A stretch of DNA of 32,000 bases from Thermofilum pendens Hrk 5 (GCF_000015225.1 NC_008698.1:1710001-1742000); one strand, 5' to 3'. Shown: positions 16,460 to 24,340, counted from the first letter of the stretch. Notes: generated by a model not told the origin, from the letters alone. Program-made: numbers and translations.

Positions 16460-16882
16460 GTGGGTTTTTCGGGCTACGTGCAGAAAAGCCGCGAGACGCG
16501 CGTAAAGCAGGCTTTGAGGGAAGCCAGGGAGATCATTAGGAGGACGCTCGGCGGGCAACCCGGCGGCTCCTTGGAGGAGGCTTTGAGGGACCTCTACGAG
16601 AGGGTTCCTAGGGAGGAGTGGCTGAGGAGGGCTTTGGCGCGCTACCTCCTGGGTACTGTCGAGAGGCAGGGGTCGTCGACGTGGGTCGTGAGAGGTGTCC
16701 CGGAGCTGGGCGACAGGAAGCCGCTGTACATCGTCACCTTCACGGGCGACCGCTACGAGTGCTCGTGCTACAGGGGTGCGTACGGCTGGGCTCGGCGGAG
16801 GAGTATCTGCACGCATATAGGCGCAGTTATGCTCGAAAGGCGCCGGAGACGCATAGACGACTACGCCTATGGCTCGCAGTGA
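16460..16882 (+). CDS. SWIM zinc-finger domain protein
   Basis: CSCYRGAYGWARRRSICTH matches the SWIM pattern CxC-x(n)-CxH near the C-terminus. GTG start with a TATA-like GGATATATCTG 23-33 nt upstream. Confidence 0.75.
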   Translation: MGFSGYVQKSRETRVKQALREAREIIRRTLGGQPGGSLEEALRDLYERVPREEWLRRALARYLLGTVERQGSSTWVVRGVPELGDRKPLYIVTFTGDRYECSCYRGAYGWARRRSICTHIGAVMLERRRRRIDDYAYGSQ

Positions 16883-16887
16883 GCGGG

Positions 16888-17724
16888 CTACCCGGGTAGC
16901 GCGTCAAGCAAGACCTCCTCGAGCGACACCTTGGAGAGCACGTGGGCGCCGTAGTTCTCGTCCAGCCTGACGTAGTGGTGGTCTATGTAGCCCTTCGAGA
17001 AGTAGTACTGGAAGGCCTTCCTGGTCTCCAGCCTCCACTTGAGCGCCAGCTCCGGGTCCCTCGATTTAACCCCGCCTATATCCAGCGGGACGAGTACAAG
17101 CACGCTGGTAGACTCGGCGGGCTCGAAGACGGGCTCCGAGCCCCTAACCCTTATGACCGGGACCGCCCCGCCCGGCGCGGCGGGCCTCCTACCGCCCAGC
17201 CTGTTGACCACCCTGGGGCTCTCCAGGTACCACTCCGCGACCACCCTGTCGGAAGGCAGGCCCCTGTTCAGCTGGTCCGTGAGCTCCCCGTAGTAGTTCA
17301 CGTGGTACTCTCTAACCACCGCGCCGAGCTTGACGAGGTTGAAGTAGGAGTTCCTGCTCTGCAGGGGGTCGAAGGTCCACTTCACCCTGCTGAGACCCAT
17401 CCTCAGCGCGTACTCCCTCTGCTTAGCCTTCAGGGCGAAGCCCACACCCTTGTCCTCGTACTCCGGGATCACCCCCGTGTGGTGGCTGTAGAGGTAGAGG
17501 CCCTGCGAGTCCCTAGCCAGGAAGCCGAAGGAGTACCCTACGAGCCTTCCGCGCGCAAACGCGCCGAGAACGAGGCCCCCGTTCCTGGCTATGGCTATCA
17601 GGATCCTGGACGGTATGACCTCTATGTCCGGCATCCCCCAAGCCGTTTTCTGCACCTCCATTGCCTGCGAGAACTCCTCCGCTTTTTCGAGAGGCCTAAC
17701 CTCTACCTCCTCCACGCCCGGCAC
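16888..17724 (-). CDS. GNAT-superfamily acetyltransferase-like protein (COG3375-type)
   Basis: Conserved-looking block GYSFGFL...HHTGVIPEYEDKGVGFALKAKQREYALRMGLSRVKWTFDPLQSRNSYFNLVKLGA, recognised from memory as the predicted GNAT family of about 280 aa. GTG start. Confidence 0.7.
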   Translation of the reverse strand: MPGVEEVEVRPLEKAEEFSQAMEVQKTAWGMPDIEVIPSRILIAIARNGGLVLGAFARGRLVGYSFGFLARDSQGLYLYSHHTGVIPEYEDKGVGFALKAKQREYALRMGLSRVKWTFDPLQSRNSYFNLVKLGAVVREYHVNYYGELTDQLNRGLPSDRVVAEWYLESPRVVNRLGGRRPAAPGGAVPVIRVRGSEPVFEPAESTSVLVLVPLDIGGVKSRDPELALKWRLETRKAFQYYFSKGYIDHHYVRLDENYGAHVLSKVSLEEVLLDALPG

Positions 17725-17862
17725 CCCGCAAGACTACGCGGTGAAGGATAGTAATAGCTTTCGCAACACTAGACAAGCTTAAGATGGCGGTGGGACTGGA
17801 AATCCCGAAGCCCCGCCTCGCGCGCGTCGACAGCTTTTTCTAAGCCACGGCGCGCTAAGCCT

Positions 17863-18591
17863 GTGCCCAGGAAAGTACTGGTCGTAGCGCATAGAGGGGC
17901 TAGCGCCGTTGCCCCGGAGAACACGATGCCAGCGTTCGAGGAAGCCGTGAGGGCAGGGGCAGACTTCGTGGAGACAGACGTGCACAGGACGCGGGACGGC
18001 GCGCTCGTCTGCATTCACGACGCAACGCTGAACCGGACCACGAACGGGGACGGGTACGTCTCGGAGAAGACTGTGGACTACGTTAGGAGCCTGGACGCCG
18101 GCTCCTGGTTTTCCGGGAGGTACGCGGGAGTACAGGTACCGCTCTTCGAGGAGTTCCTCGATTACATCGCCTCGACGAGCGCGGGGGTGTTCGTCGAGGT
18201 TAAGGTCCCGGGTATAGAGGAGGAGGTCGTCGGGAGGATCCTGCAGTGGGGGCTAGAGGAGAGAGCGGTTGTGCTCTCGGGGTATTGGAGCGTGCTGAGG
18301 AGGGTGAAGGAGCTCGACCCGGGGATAGCTACTCTCGCCGACCTGCCCAGCCCGTCTCCCCAGTCCATATCCTCGGCGGTGAAAGTGGCAAATATCGTCA
18401 GCATCCACGCCGCGCTCTTCGAGGAAGAGCACGCCCTGCAGGCTCACAGAAGGGGGCTACTGGTAAATGTCTGGGGCGTAAACGGCTGCGAGGATGCGTT
18501 AAGGGTGGTCGAGCTGGGCGCCGACTTCGTAACCGTGGACAACCCGGGCGCTATTGTTGAGTGCTTGAGGGCGCGGGGTCTCCACGCCTAA
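17863..18591 (+). CDS. Glycerophosphodiester phosphodiesterase (GDPD family)
   Basis: VVAHRGASAVAPENTMPAFEEAVRAGADFVETDVHRTRDGALVCIHDATLNRTTNG is the canonical GDPD N-terminal catalytic signature (HRG...ENT...E.D...HD). Confidence 0.92.
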   Translation: MPRKVLVVAHRGASAVAPENTMPAFEEAVRAGADFVETDVHRTRDGALVCIHDATLNRTTNGDGYVSEKTVDYVRSLDAGSWFSGRYAGVQVPLFEEFLDYIASTSAGVFVEVKVPGIEEEVVGRILQWGLEERAVVLSGYWSVLRRVKELDPGIATLADLPSPSPQSISSAVKVANIVSIHAALFEEEHALQAHRRGLLVNVWGVNGCEDALRVVELGADFVTVDNPGAIVECLRARGLHA

Positions 18592-18631
18592 AAGCATCTT
18601 TTTTAGCCCGGAAGCTGTAATAGTATCGGCT

Positions 18632-20518
18632 ATGCTCGAAAAGAAGTTCCTCGGGTTACCTCTAGCTTTGCTCGTAGCCTTGTCCGCGGTGGTCGTCGCG
18701 GCGAGCCCGCCTACCGCTCAGCTCAAGGTAATCGGCTCAGCCTGGATACTCGCCCCCGCGGTGGCGCAGACTGAGTCCGGCCTCGTAGGCTCCGCTACCA
18801 ACATCTCGGTATTCGTAACGGAGGGTTGGGGAGACGTCTACGTCTCCACGTACTCCCTGACCCAGGAGGACTTCCAGGGAGCAGCTACGGCCGCCGCGAG
18901 GGTCGTCACGAGGCTCCTCGGGCTTAACTTCTCGCAGTACAACTACTACTTCAAGGTGCAGGGCGACGCCGTGATAGTGGGTGGGCCCAGCGCGGGAGTC
19001 GCCATGGCGGTCGCCGTATACTCGGCGCTCACGGGTAAGCCGATCAACCGAACAGTCTTCGTCACGGGTATGATCTCGCCGGACGGCACCGTCGGCCCGG
19101 TGGGCGGAGTTTTCGAAAAAGCTCAGGCAGTGGCTCAGGCGGGTGCGAAGGTGTTCCTAGTCCCACCCGGGCAAAGCATCGTAACGCAGTACCAGACCGT
19201 CGAGAGGAAGATTGGGCCCTTCAGGCTCTACACGACCCAGCCCGTCACCGTAAACCTGACGGAGTACGCCTACAAGAACTGGCACCTCAGGGTCGTGGAG
19301 ATATCCACCCTCTCCGAAGCTTTACGCTACTTCTTCGGCGTCAGCGTCGCGCGGCCACCGTTAGGGAAGCCTTACCTGAGCGCAGACACGAGGGAAAAGA
19401 TAGCCTCGGTGAAAAGCTCGCTAACCTCGCTGGCGCGGAAAGAGCTCGGCGAGGCTTACTCCTACGTTAACTCCTCGCGGCTAACACAGCTCGGAAAATC
19501 CACGCTGAAGTCTTACCTGGACAGGTACGCGAAGAGCTACCTGGATTCGGCGACGAGGGCGGAGGGCATCTCGTCGATACCCCTCCTCACGTCCAGCATA
19601 GCCGTGTCGAGGTGGATTAAGCTACTGGTAGACTACTACTCTGGCCTGCAACTGGACCAGCAGGTACAAGAGGTCAGCGACAGGCTCTCCCGGCTCGCGG
19701 GCGCGGTCGAGGACTCCGCGCCAAGGAGCATAGGAGAGATCAATGCACTCATACTGGCAACAGACAAGGTGATCCACGCTTTGAAGCTCTTCAACGAGTC
19801 GGCCGCCGCGTGGAGTAGCGACCCGGCGACAGCCCTGCAGAAGCTAGCTTACTCGTCAGCCCTGCTGGACGAGGCAGAGAACTGGCTGAGCGGCATCCCG
19901 AGGGGAGGGGGCATCCAGGCATCTCAAGCGGCGGCAACATACCTCTCGGTGGCAAGAAGCACGTGGCCGTACATATACTCCGTGCTCAGCGAGGCTGGCG
20001 GAGACCTAACTCTCATTGACGCAGCAAGCGCCTATTACCAGATCTCTGCCAGGCTGTACTCCTCCAGGAAGCCTTTGCTAGCGGCGGTGGCCGCCGCTAG
20101 GAGCGTGGCGCTGGCCGAGGCCGCAATGCTCTACTTCCAAGTGCAAGCCTCCGGGAAAGACCCCTACTCCGGGGTATCCCTGGAGAACGCTCTAAGCGTA
20201 GCCTCCGCCACGAGCGACATGCTTGTAACCGTGTACTACATCAATCAGTCCTACGGCGCCGAGCTGAGAGATTCGCTCGCATACCTCAAGCTTGGCTCAC
20301 AACTCGGGCAACTCACCCTGGACCTAGCGCGCGTAAAGCCGGGACAACCGGCGGAAACTCAAAAGACGCCCAGCGCTCCCACCCAGCCGGAGCAACCTCC
20401 CCAGAAACCTAGCCAACCCGGTAAAAGCTTAACGGACTGGCTACAAGAGATCCTCCTGAGAATATCACTATTTATAGAAAGCATCGTAGACTGGTTTAGA
20501 AGGCTACTCGGAAAATAA
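18632..20518 (+). CDS. Secreted/membrane-associated Lon-like S16 serine peptidase (no AAA+ module) with long helical C-terminal domain
   Basis: Signal peptide (LGLPLALLVALSAVVVAASP). Lon proteolytic-domain motifs GGPSAGVAMAVAVYSALTG (catalytic Ser) and PVGGVFEKAQAVAQAGAKVFLVP (catalytic Lys). About 380 aa of unassigned helical region, a P/Q-rich linker (PTQPEQPPQKPSQPG) and a terminal amphipathic helix. Confidence 0.85.
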   Translation: MLEKKFLGLPLALLVALSAVVVAASPPTAQLKVIGSAWILAPAVAQTESGLVGSATNISVFVTEGWGDVYVSTYSLTQEDFQGAATAAARVVTRLLGLNFSQYNYYFKVQGDAVIVGGPSAGVAMAVAVYSALTGKPINRTVFVTGMISPDGTVGPVGGVFEKAQAVAQAGAKVFLVPPGQSIVTQYQTVERKIGPFRLYTTQPVTVNLTEYAYKNWHLRVVEISTLSEALRYFFGVSVARPPLGKPYLSADTREKIASVKSSLTSLARKELGEAYSYVNSSRLTQLGKSTLKSYLDRYAKSYLDSATRAEGISSIPLLTSSIAVSRWIKLLVDYYSGLQLDQQVQEVSDRLSRLAGAVEDSAPRSIGEINALILATDKVIHALKLFNESAAAWSSDPATALQKLAYSSALLDEAENWLSGIPRGGGIQASQAAATYLSVARSTWPYIYSVLSEAGGDLTLIDAASAYYQISARLYSSRKPLLAAVAAARSVALAEAAMLYFQVQASGKDPYSGVSLENALSVASATSDMLVTVYYINQSYGAELRDSLAYLKLGSQLGQLTLDLARVKPGQPAETQKTPSAPTQPEQPPQKPSQPGKSLTDWLQEILLRISLFIESIVDWFRRLLGK

Positions 20519-20536
20519 AAAATTTTTTGAATTTTT
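20517..20536. terminator. Bidirectional oligo-T terminator between convergent genes
   Basis: AAAAAATTTTTTGAATTTTT: T6 and T5 tracts on the plus strand just after the TAA at 20516-18, and a T6 tract on the minus strand just after the minus-strand TAA at 20535-37. Confidence 0.55.
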
Positions 20537-21635
20537 AGGGCTTACCTTTACGGTGCCCAGGCCTGCAGGCGAACCTGGCCTCTACGAGGAGGTCCCTCAG
20601 CTGCGCGGACAGCTCCCGCACCTTTTGGAGATCCCTTTTGCTCGCAGCATCCCTTAGTTGCGCTGCAACCTTGGAGATCTCGCCTGCAAGCGTTGCGTTG
20701 CACACCTTGATAACGCTGGCTACGCGTTCGCCCTCGCGCGCTAAGGCCTCTACTCTTCCAAGCTCCGCTAGGCCTGCGACGACCCAGCCCATCCTGTGGA
20801 AGCTCTTCCTGATCTCCTCAAGCGCGGCGACGTGCTTACCTTCGCTTATGAGCTTCTTGATCTCGCTTATACGCGCGTCAGACCAGTTCTTGAACTGAGC
20901 GGCGAGCCCCGGCGAAACTTTCAGGAGCCTCTCGTACACCTTTCTCGACGCGTTCGCGAAGAGCTCTAAGTCCTTCTCCGCCCTCTTAGACCTCAGCTGG
21001 ACGGCCAGAGACCATATAGACCTCTCGGCCTCCTTAACCTTCAACCTCGCCTGCTCGACTAGCTGCGAGGCCTGCGCCATGTTGTTCTGCTTCAACGAGT
21101 TAAGAGCCTGATCGAGTAGGCTTGATGCCTCGTCGATAAGCCTTGTGACATTCGAAGTATCAGCGCCGAGGCTTCCAAGCCTCGAAGCGACGTTCCTCAA
21201 AGCGCGTAGCTGGTTCTGCAGAACCCTTATCTCCACCTCTAGTAGGTGCGCGGCTCTGAGCTTTTCCCGCTCCCTAATCTCCTTGTAGAGTTGAAGCGCC
21301 ACGCTCCTAAGCTCCGCGGAGGCTTCCCGTACGAGCTCCTTGGTGCCGTTCACGTCCCCGGACTGGAGGGTTTGAAGCGCCTGCTGCAACGTGGATCTCG
21401 CAGTGGATATCTGCTGCAACAAGAGTTCTTTCAGAGTGGCGTTCGAAACCCTAGAGTTCACGAAGTTCTCGAGCCTCGCAGTCTGGTTGAGCAGGAAGCT
21501 TATGTGCCTCTGGAGCCGCTCCTGCTCCGTCGACGCCTGCTGTGCGGAGACTACTGGAGCTACGCCCGCAAGGGAGGCTACTAGCAACAGTAGCAGTACT
21601 AGGCCCAGGGTTTTCCGGTGCATCCCGTTCACCAA
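20535..21635 (-). CDS. Secreted all-alpha/coiled-coil protein, function unknown
   Basis: Signal peptide (MHRKTLGLVLLLLLVASLAGVAPVVSAQQ) followed by about 330 aa of Leu/Ala/Gln/Arg/Glu-rich heptad-like sequence with NxS/T sequons. TTG start at 21635; an ATG at 21623 is an alternative. Confidence 0.7.
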   Translation of the reverse strand: MVNGMHRKTLGLVLLLLLVASLAGVAPVVSAQQASTEQERLQRHISFLLNQTARLENFVNSRVSNATLKELLLQQISTARSTLQQALQTLQSGDVNGTKELVREASAELRSVALQLYKEIREREKLRAAHLLEVEIRVLQNQLRALRNVASRLGSLGADTSNVTRLIDEASSLLDQALNSLKQNNMAQASQLVEQARLKVKEAERSIWSLAVQLRSKRAEKDLELFANASRKVYERLLKVSPGLAAQFKNWSDARISEIKKLISEGKHVAALEEIRKSFHRMGWVVAGLAELGRVEALAREGERVASVIKVCNATLAGEISKVAAQLRDAASKRDLQKVRELSAQLRDLLVEARFACRPGHRKGKP

Positions 21636-21749
21636 GTCTTCGATACCAGCCTTCGACTTAAGGGTTTAAACGGTTTTAAGTGAAATTCTACTATTAACTA
21701 CGTTCACGGGGTAAAATATGATAAAATGACAACTTTTCCCCTTTAGAAC

Positions 21750-22577
21750 CTACCCGTGGGCGCGAGGTAGCACTCCGACCTTTAAAGCGTCATACATGCA
21801 GACGTCGTAGCATCTGAGACACATTATGCACTCAGTCCGCGAAACCTCCCCAGTTTTAAAGCTGTCCTCCGTTATGGCTCCCGTCGGGCAAACCCTCATG
21901 CAGGCCTTACAGTTTATACACTTCTCGGTATCTATCTTGACTCCGAAGACCTTCCTAAAGCCTACGGCTCCCAGCACGGCGCCCACGGGGCAGAAGTAGC
22001 GGCACCAAGCCCTCTTCTCGCTGAACTCTAAGACTACAGGGGCCGCGGCGAGGGCAAGCTCTACGCCTTTAAGTGAGCCGTAGGCCGTGCACAGCCCCCT
22101 TATCGGGCAAATAGTGCAGAAAGCCGGGAAACCCGTCAATGTAGACGCCGCCGCGAACGAAGCAGCAACGGCGTACTTGTTGTGCTTGTTGTTTAGCCTC
22201 AGCTTTCCGAGGAAGTTGACCCTCTTAACCTTTCCAAACAGGTCTAGCAGGGTGCCCACTGGGCACATCAGCCCGCAGAAGAACCTGCCCAGGAGGAGCG
22301 AGCCGAGGAGCGGTACCGCGGCGAAAGTCAGTAGAAGCCAGAGGGCGACGTTGAGGGGCGATGAGAGTATCCTCTGCGCGGTGCCGAAGAGGCAGTCGAC
22401 CCTGAAGCTCCCGAGGGGTATAGAGCATATGCCGGCCGGTATAGCTAGTACGCCGATCGGTACTAGGAGGACGAGGGCGACGAAGCTTACAGCCTGGAAA
22501 GCGTACCTCAACGGTTTAAGCTTTCTGCGCTTAACGACCCTTGGAACCCTCCTCCGCTCAGCCGCGCTCATCCTCAA
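21750..22577 (-). CDS. NapH/MauN-like integral-membrane iron-sulfur protein (polyferredoxin)
   Basis: TM segments carrying the GRFFCGLMCPVGTL and CRYFCPVGAV (CxxxCP) motifs. C-terminal 2x[4Fe-4S] motifs CINCKACMRVCPTGAI and CIMCLRCYDVCMYDAL. Confidence 0.85.
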   Translation of the reverse strand: MRMSAAERRRVPRVVKRRKLKPLRYAFQAVSFVALVLLVPIGVLAIPAGICSIPLGSFRVDCLFGTAQRILSSPLNVALWLLLTFAAVPLLGSLLLGRFFCGLMCPVGTLLDLFGKVKRVNFLGKLRLNNKHNKYAVAASFAAASTLTGFPAFCTICPIRGLCTAYGSLKGVELALAAAPVVLEFSEKRAWCRYFCPVGAVLGAVGFRKVFGVKIDTEKCINCKACMRVCPTGAITEDSFKTGEVSRTECIMCLRCYDVCMYDALKVGVLPRAHG

Positions 22578-23188
22578 CCACCCTTAGGCCACTTCCACGA
22601 GGGGCGGTAAGCACCGCTCGGAGTAAGGGACAGCGCGCCCACCGGGCACTCCTTTACGCATGCACCGCACCCCAGGCACTTCGCCGCGTCGACTTCAACC
22701 TTCCTCCCCGACTTTCTCCACTTGATAGCCCCTGCTATTGATGCACACACGCTTACGCAAGCACCACAACCAATACACTTGTCTTTGTCTAGAAGCGCGG
22801 TGCCCATCTTCGCTTTTTCCTTCGGTAACCGCTGAAGAGCGCCAGTCGGGCACACGTCGACGCACTTAAAGTCTAGGACACAGACACCCCCATCCACGAG
22901 CACCGGGGTTCCAGCCGCGACAACGCTTTCCCACACGGGTACCTGCACTATTATCTTCTGGGGGCATACCTCCGCGCAACGTCCGCACCGAGCGCAGACA
23001 ACAACGAACTCGGCTTCGTCCACCGCTCCGGGAGGCCTCCTCTTATCTACAGTCTTCGCCGCCACGAGAGGCACCGAGGTGACAATGCCTGTCAACACCG
23101 CTACTTTTGCTACGAAGAAGACGAAGTCCCTACGCGTTACTCTAAAAGACTGTTTCTTGGTGACGTTGAAGGCTTCATCGCCGGACAT
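22574..23188 (-). CDS. NapG/MauM-like Tat-exported 4x[4Fe-4S] ferredoxin
   Basis: Twin-arginine signal VTRRDFVFFVAKVAVLTG. Cluster motifs CARCGRCAEVCP, CVLDFKCVDVCP, CIGCGACVSVCA and CLGCGACVKECP. ATG at 23188 is preferred over the ORF-track start at 23263 because TTAAAT (23218-23227) lies about 30 nt upstream and the Tat motif then sits at the N-terminus. 4-nt overlap with the NapH-like gene. Confidence 0.85.
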   Translation of the reverse strand: MSGDEAFNVTKKQSFRVTRRDFVFFVAKVAVLTGIVTSVPLVAAKTVDKRRPPGAVDEAEFVVVCARCGRCAEVCPQKIIVQVPVWESVVAAGTPVLVDGGVCVLDFKCVDVCPTGALQRLPKEKAKMGTALLDKDKCIGCGACVSVCASIAGAIKWRKSGRKVEVDAAKCLGCGACVKECPVGALSLTPSGAYRPSWKWPKGG

Positions 23189-23317
23189 GGTGTTCGTCAA
23201 GAACCAATCGAACCACGAATTTAAGGATTCAAGTGAAAATGAATGAAACAACGGGTAAAGCATGGCTGGGGTGGTACGGCGTTAAGAGTATAAGGGTTCC
23301 CCGTTCTATGCTCTAGC

Positions 23318-23869
23318 GTGGAGCGAGAATTCTTCGCGAGACAGCCGGACGCGGTTGCAAGAATGCTACTCGGGAAGCTGCTAGTGAGGAGGCTGGAGGG
23401 AGGAGTGAGGGCGGGGATTATAATCGAGGTTGAGCCTTACTTCGGCGCGGAGGACCCGGCTTCGAGGGCTAGGCGTGGAGGCGACTTGGCCCGCGTTATG
23501 TGCGGGGAGGTCTGCACCGCGCTGGTGTACGGTGTTCACAGGCAGTGGTTACTCAACGTGGTGGCCCACGAGCCGGGGCTCTGCGGGGCTATCCTCATTA
23601 GAGGTATTTTACCGGTCGACCCGGGCACCCTGAAGCCCCTCGGGAGGGAGGTTCTAGGCCCCGGGAGGGTTACCAGGTACTTCTCCGTGGACAAGGCCCT
23701 GCATAGAACATACCTCTGCGACGAGGACTCCCCCTTAAGGATACTCGACGGGCTGACCTTCGACGACGAGTGTATCTCGAGGTCTCCCCGCGTCGGTGTG
23801 CGGGAGGACCTACCGATACCCCTGAACTTCCGCATACGCAGAGAGTGTCTTACACGCGAAGATTTTTGA
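23318..23869 (+). CDS. mpg: DNA-3-methyladenine glycosylase, Mpg/AAG family
   Basis: FFARQPDAVARMLLGKLLVRR...IIIEVEPYFGAEDPASRARRG...ALVYGVHRQWLLNVV matches the Mpg (PF02245-type) signature blocks. GTG start. Confidence 0.86.
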   Translation: MEREFFARQPDAVARMLLGKLLVRRLEGGVRAGIIIEVEPYFGAEDPASRARRGGDLARVMCGEVCTALVYGVHRQWLLNVVAHEPGLCGAILIRGILPVDPGTLKPLGREVLGPGRVTRYFSVDKALHRTYLCDEDSPLRILDGLTFDDECISRSPRVGVREDLPIPLNFRIRRECLTREDF

Positions 23870-23892
23870 GCCTCCGCGTATACTTTTTTCCC

Positions 23893-23950
23893 GAGGGATG
23901 ACGAGGGGACAAAGCTCTGAGTGCTGACGACGCCGCTACTAGCCGACCTC
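23893..23950 (+). ncRNA. C/D box sRNA, candidate 2; D-guide complementary to a conserved LSU rRNA domain I sequence
   Basis: Terminal stem GAGG (23893-96) pairs with CCUC (23947-50). C box AUGACGA 23898-904, 12-nt guide, D' CUGA 23917-20, 3-nt spacer, C' CUGACGA 23924-30, 12-nt guide CGCCGCUACUAG, D box CCGA 23943-46. The spacing is exactly canonical. The D-guide complement CUAGUAGCGGCG contains AGUAGCGGCG of the universally conserved 23S motif AGUAGCGGCGAGCGAA. Fills the 83-nt gap between convergent genes. Confidence 0.6.
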
Positions 23951-23952
23951 CT

Positions 23953-24234
23953 CTAGACTTCCTTCTCGGTAGCCCTCCTCTTGACCGCTCTGTCGAATAT
24001 TATCCAGTTCCTGTACCACTCCTCGTTCTCCTCCTTTAGTAGAGCCAGGACCTCCTTCATTAAGTCCTTCGTCGTGACCTCCGAGACCTTCCTCTTCAGC
24101 AGGTCCCCTTCGACTATCTTTGCTATTTTCCTGGCGACCTCCAAGGGGGCTCCCGCCTTCAGGCAACTTACGACTATCTTCTCGTAGGCGAACTCCTCCT
24201 TCCTTCCGTCCCTCTTAACTACGTAAATGGTCAT
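23953..24234 (-). CDS. Stand-alone ATP-cone domain protein
   Basis: MTIYVVKRDGRKEEFAYEKIVVSCLKAGAPLEVARKIAKIVEGDL is a typical ATP-cone opening (V.KRDG..E.F...KI). ATG at 24234 is preferred, with the TATA AAGAATATAAATG 30-42 nt upstream; the ORF-track start is 24264. Confidence 0.8.
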   Translation of the reverse strand: MTIYVVKRDGRKEEFAYEKIVVSCLKAGAPLEVARKIAKIVEGDLLKRKVSEVTTKDLMKEVLALLKEENEEWYRNWIIFDRAVKRRATEKEV

Positions 24235-24300
24235 ACCGACCCATGTAAAGCTCGACCTAGACATTTATATTCTTATTTGCCGGGGCTAGTCCTGGTAGAA

Positions 24301-24314
24301 AAGCATTTATGCTT
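24301..24314 (+). promoter_or_regulatory. tupA promoter TATA box embedded in an inverted repeat (candidate operator)
   Basis: AAGCAT-TT-ATGCTT: perfect 6-bp inverted-repeat arms around the A/T core, 27-40 nt upstream of the tupA ATG at 24341. Confidence 0.4.
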
Positions 24315-24340
24315 GTGAATGAAAAGTAATAACGGTTGCC

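Noticed and set aside
16292-16816. 174-aa minus-strand ORF spanning the 16414-16459 intergenic region
   Set aside because: It crosses two TATA boxes and is antisense to the SWIM gene. It is R/P-rich with no start-site support.
16942-17751. 269-aa plus-strand ORF
   Set aside because: It is antisense to the GNAT-like gene, which has a conserved-looking block. It has shadow-ORF composition.
17786-17817. Nested hairpin GGCGGTGGGACTGGAAATCCCGAAGCCCCGCC in the 138-nt GNAT/GDPD intergenic region, considered as a tRNA fragment or ncRNA
   Set aside because: Only a short imperfect stem. There is no cloverleaf, no C/D or H/ACA boxes, and nothing else to support an RNA gene.
18632-20518. Idea that the exported S16 Lon protease supplies the Lon domain missing from the BrxL-like ATPase at 30167
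   Set aside because: The protease has a signal peptide and is extracytoplasmic. It lies 10 kb away with unrelated genes between, and its S16 domain is of the classical Lon type. No support for a split gene.
23189-23263. N-terminal 25-aa extension of the NapG-like ORF
   Set aside because: A Tat signal must be N-terminal. The TTAAAT box at 23218-27 lies inside the extension and fits a start at 23188.
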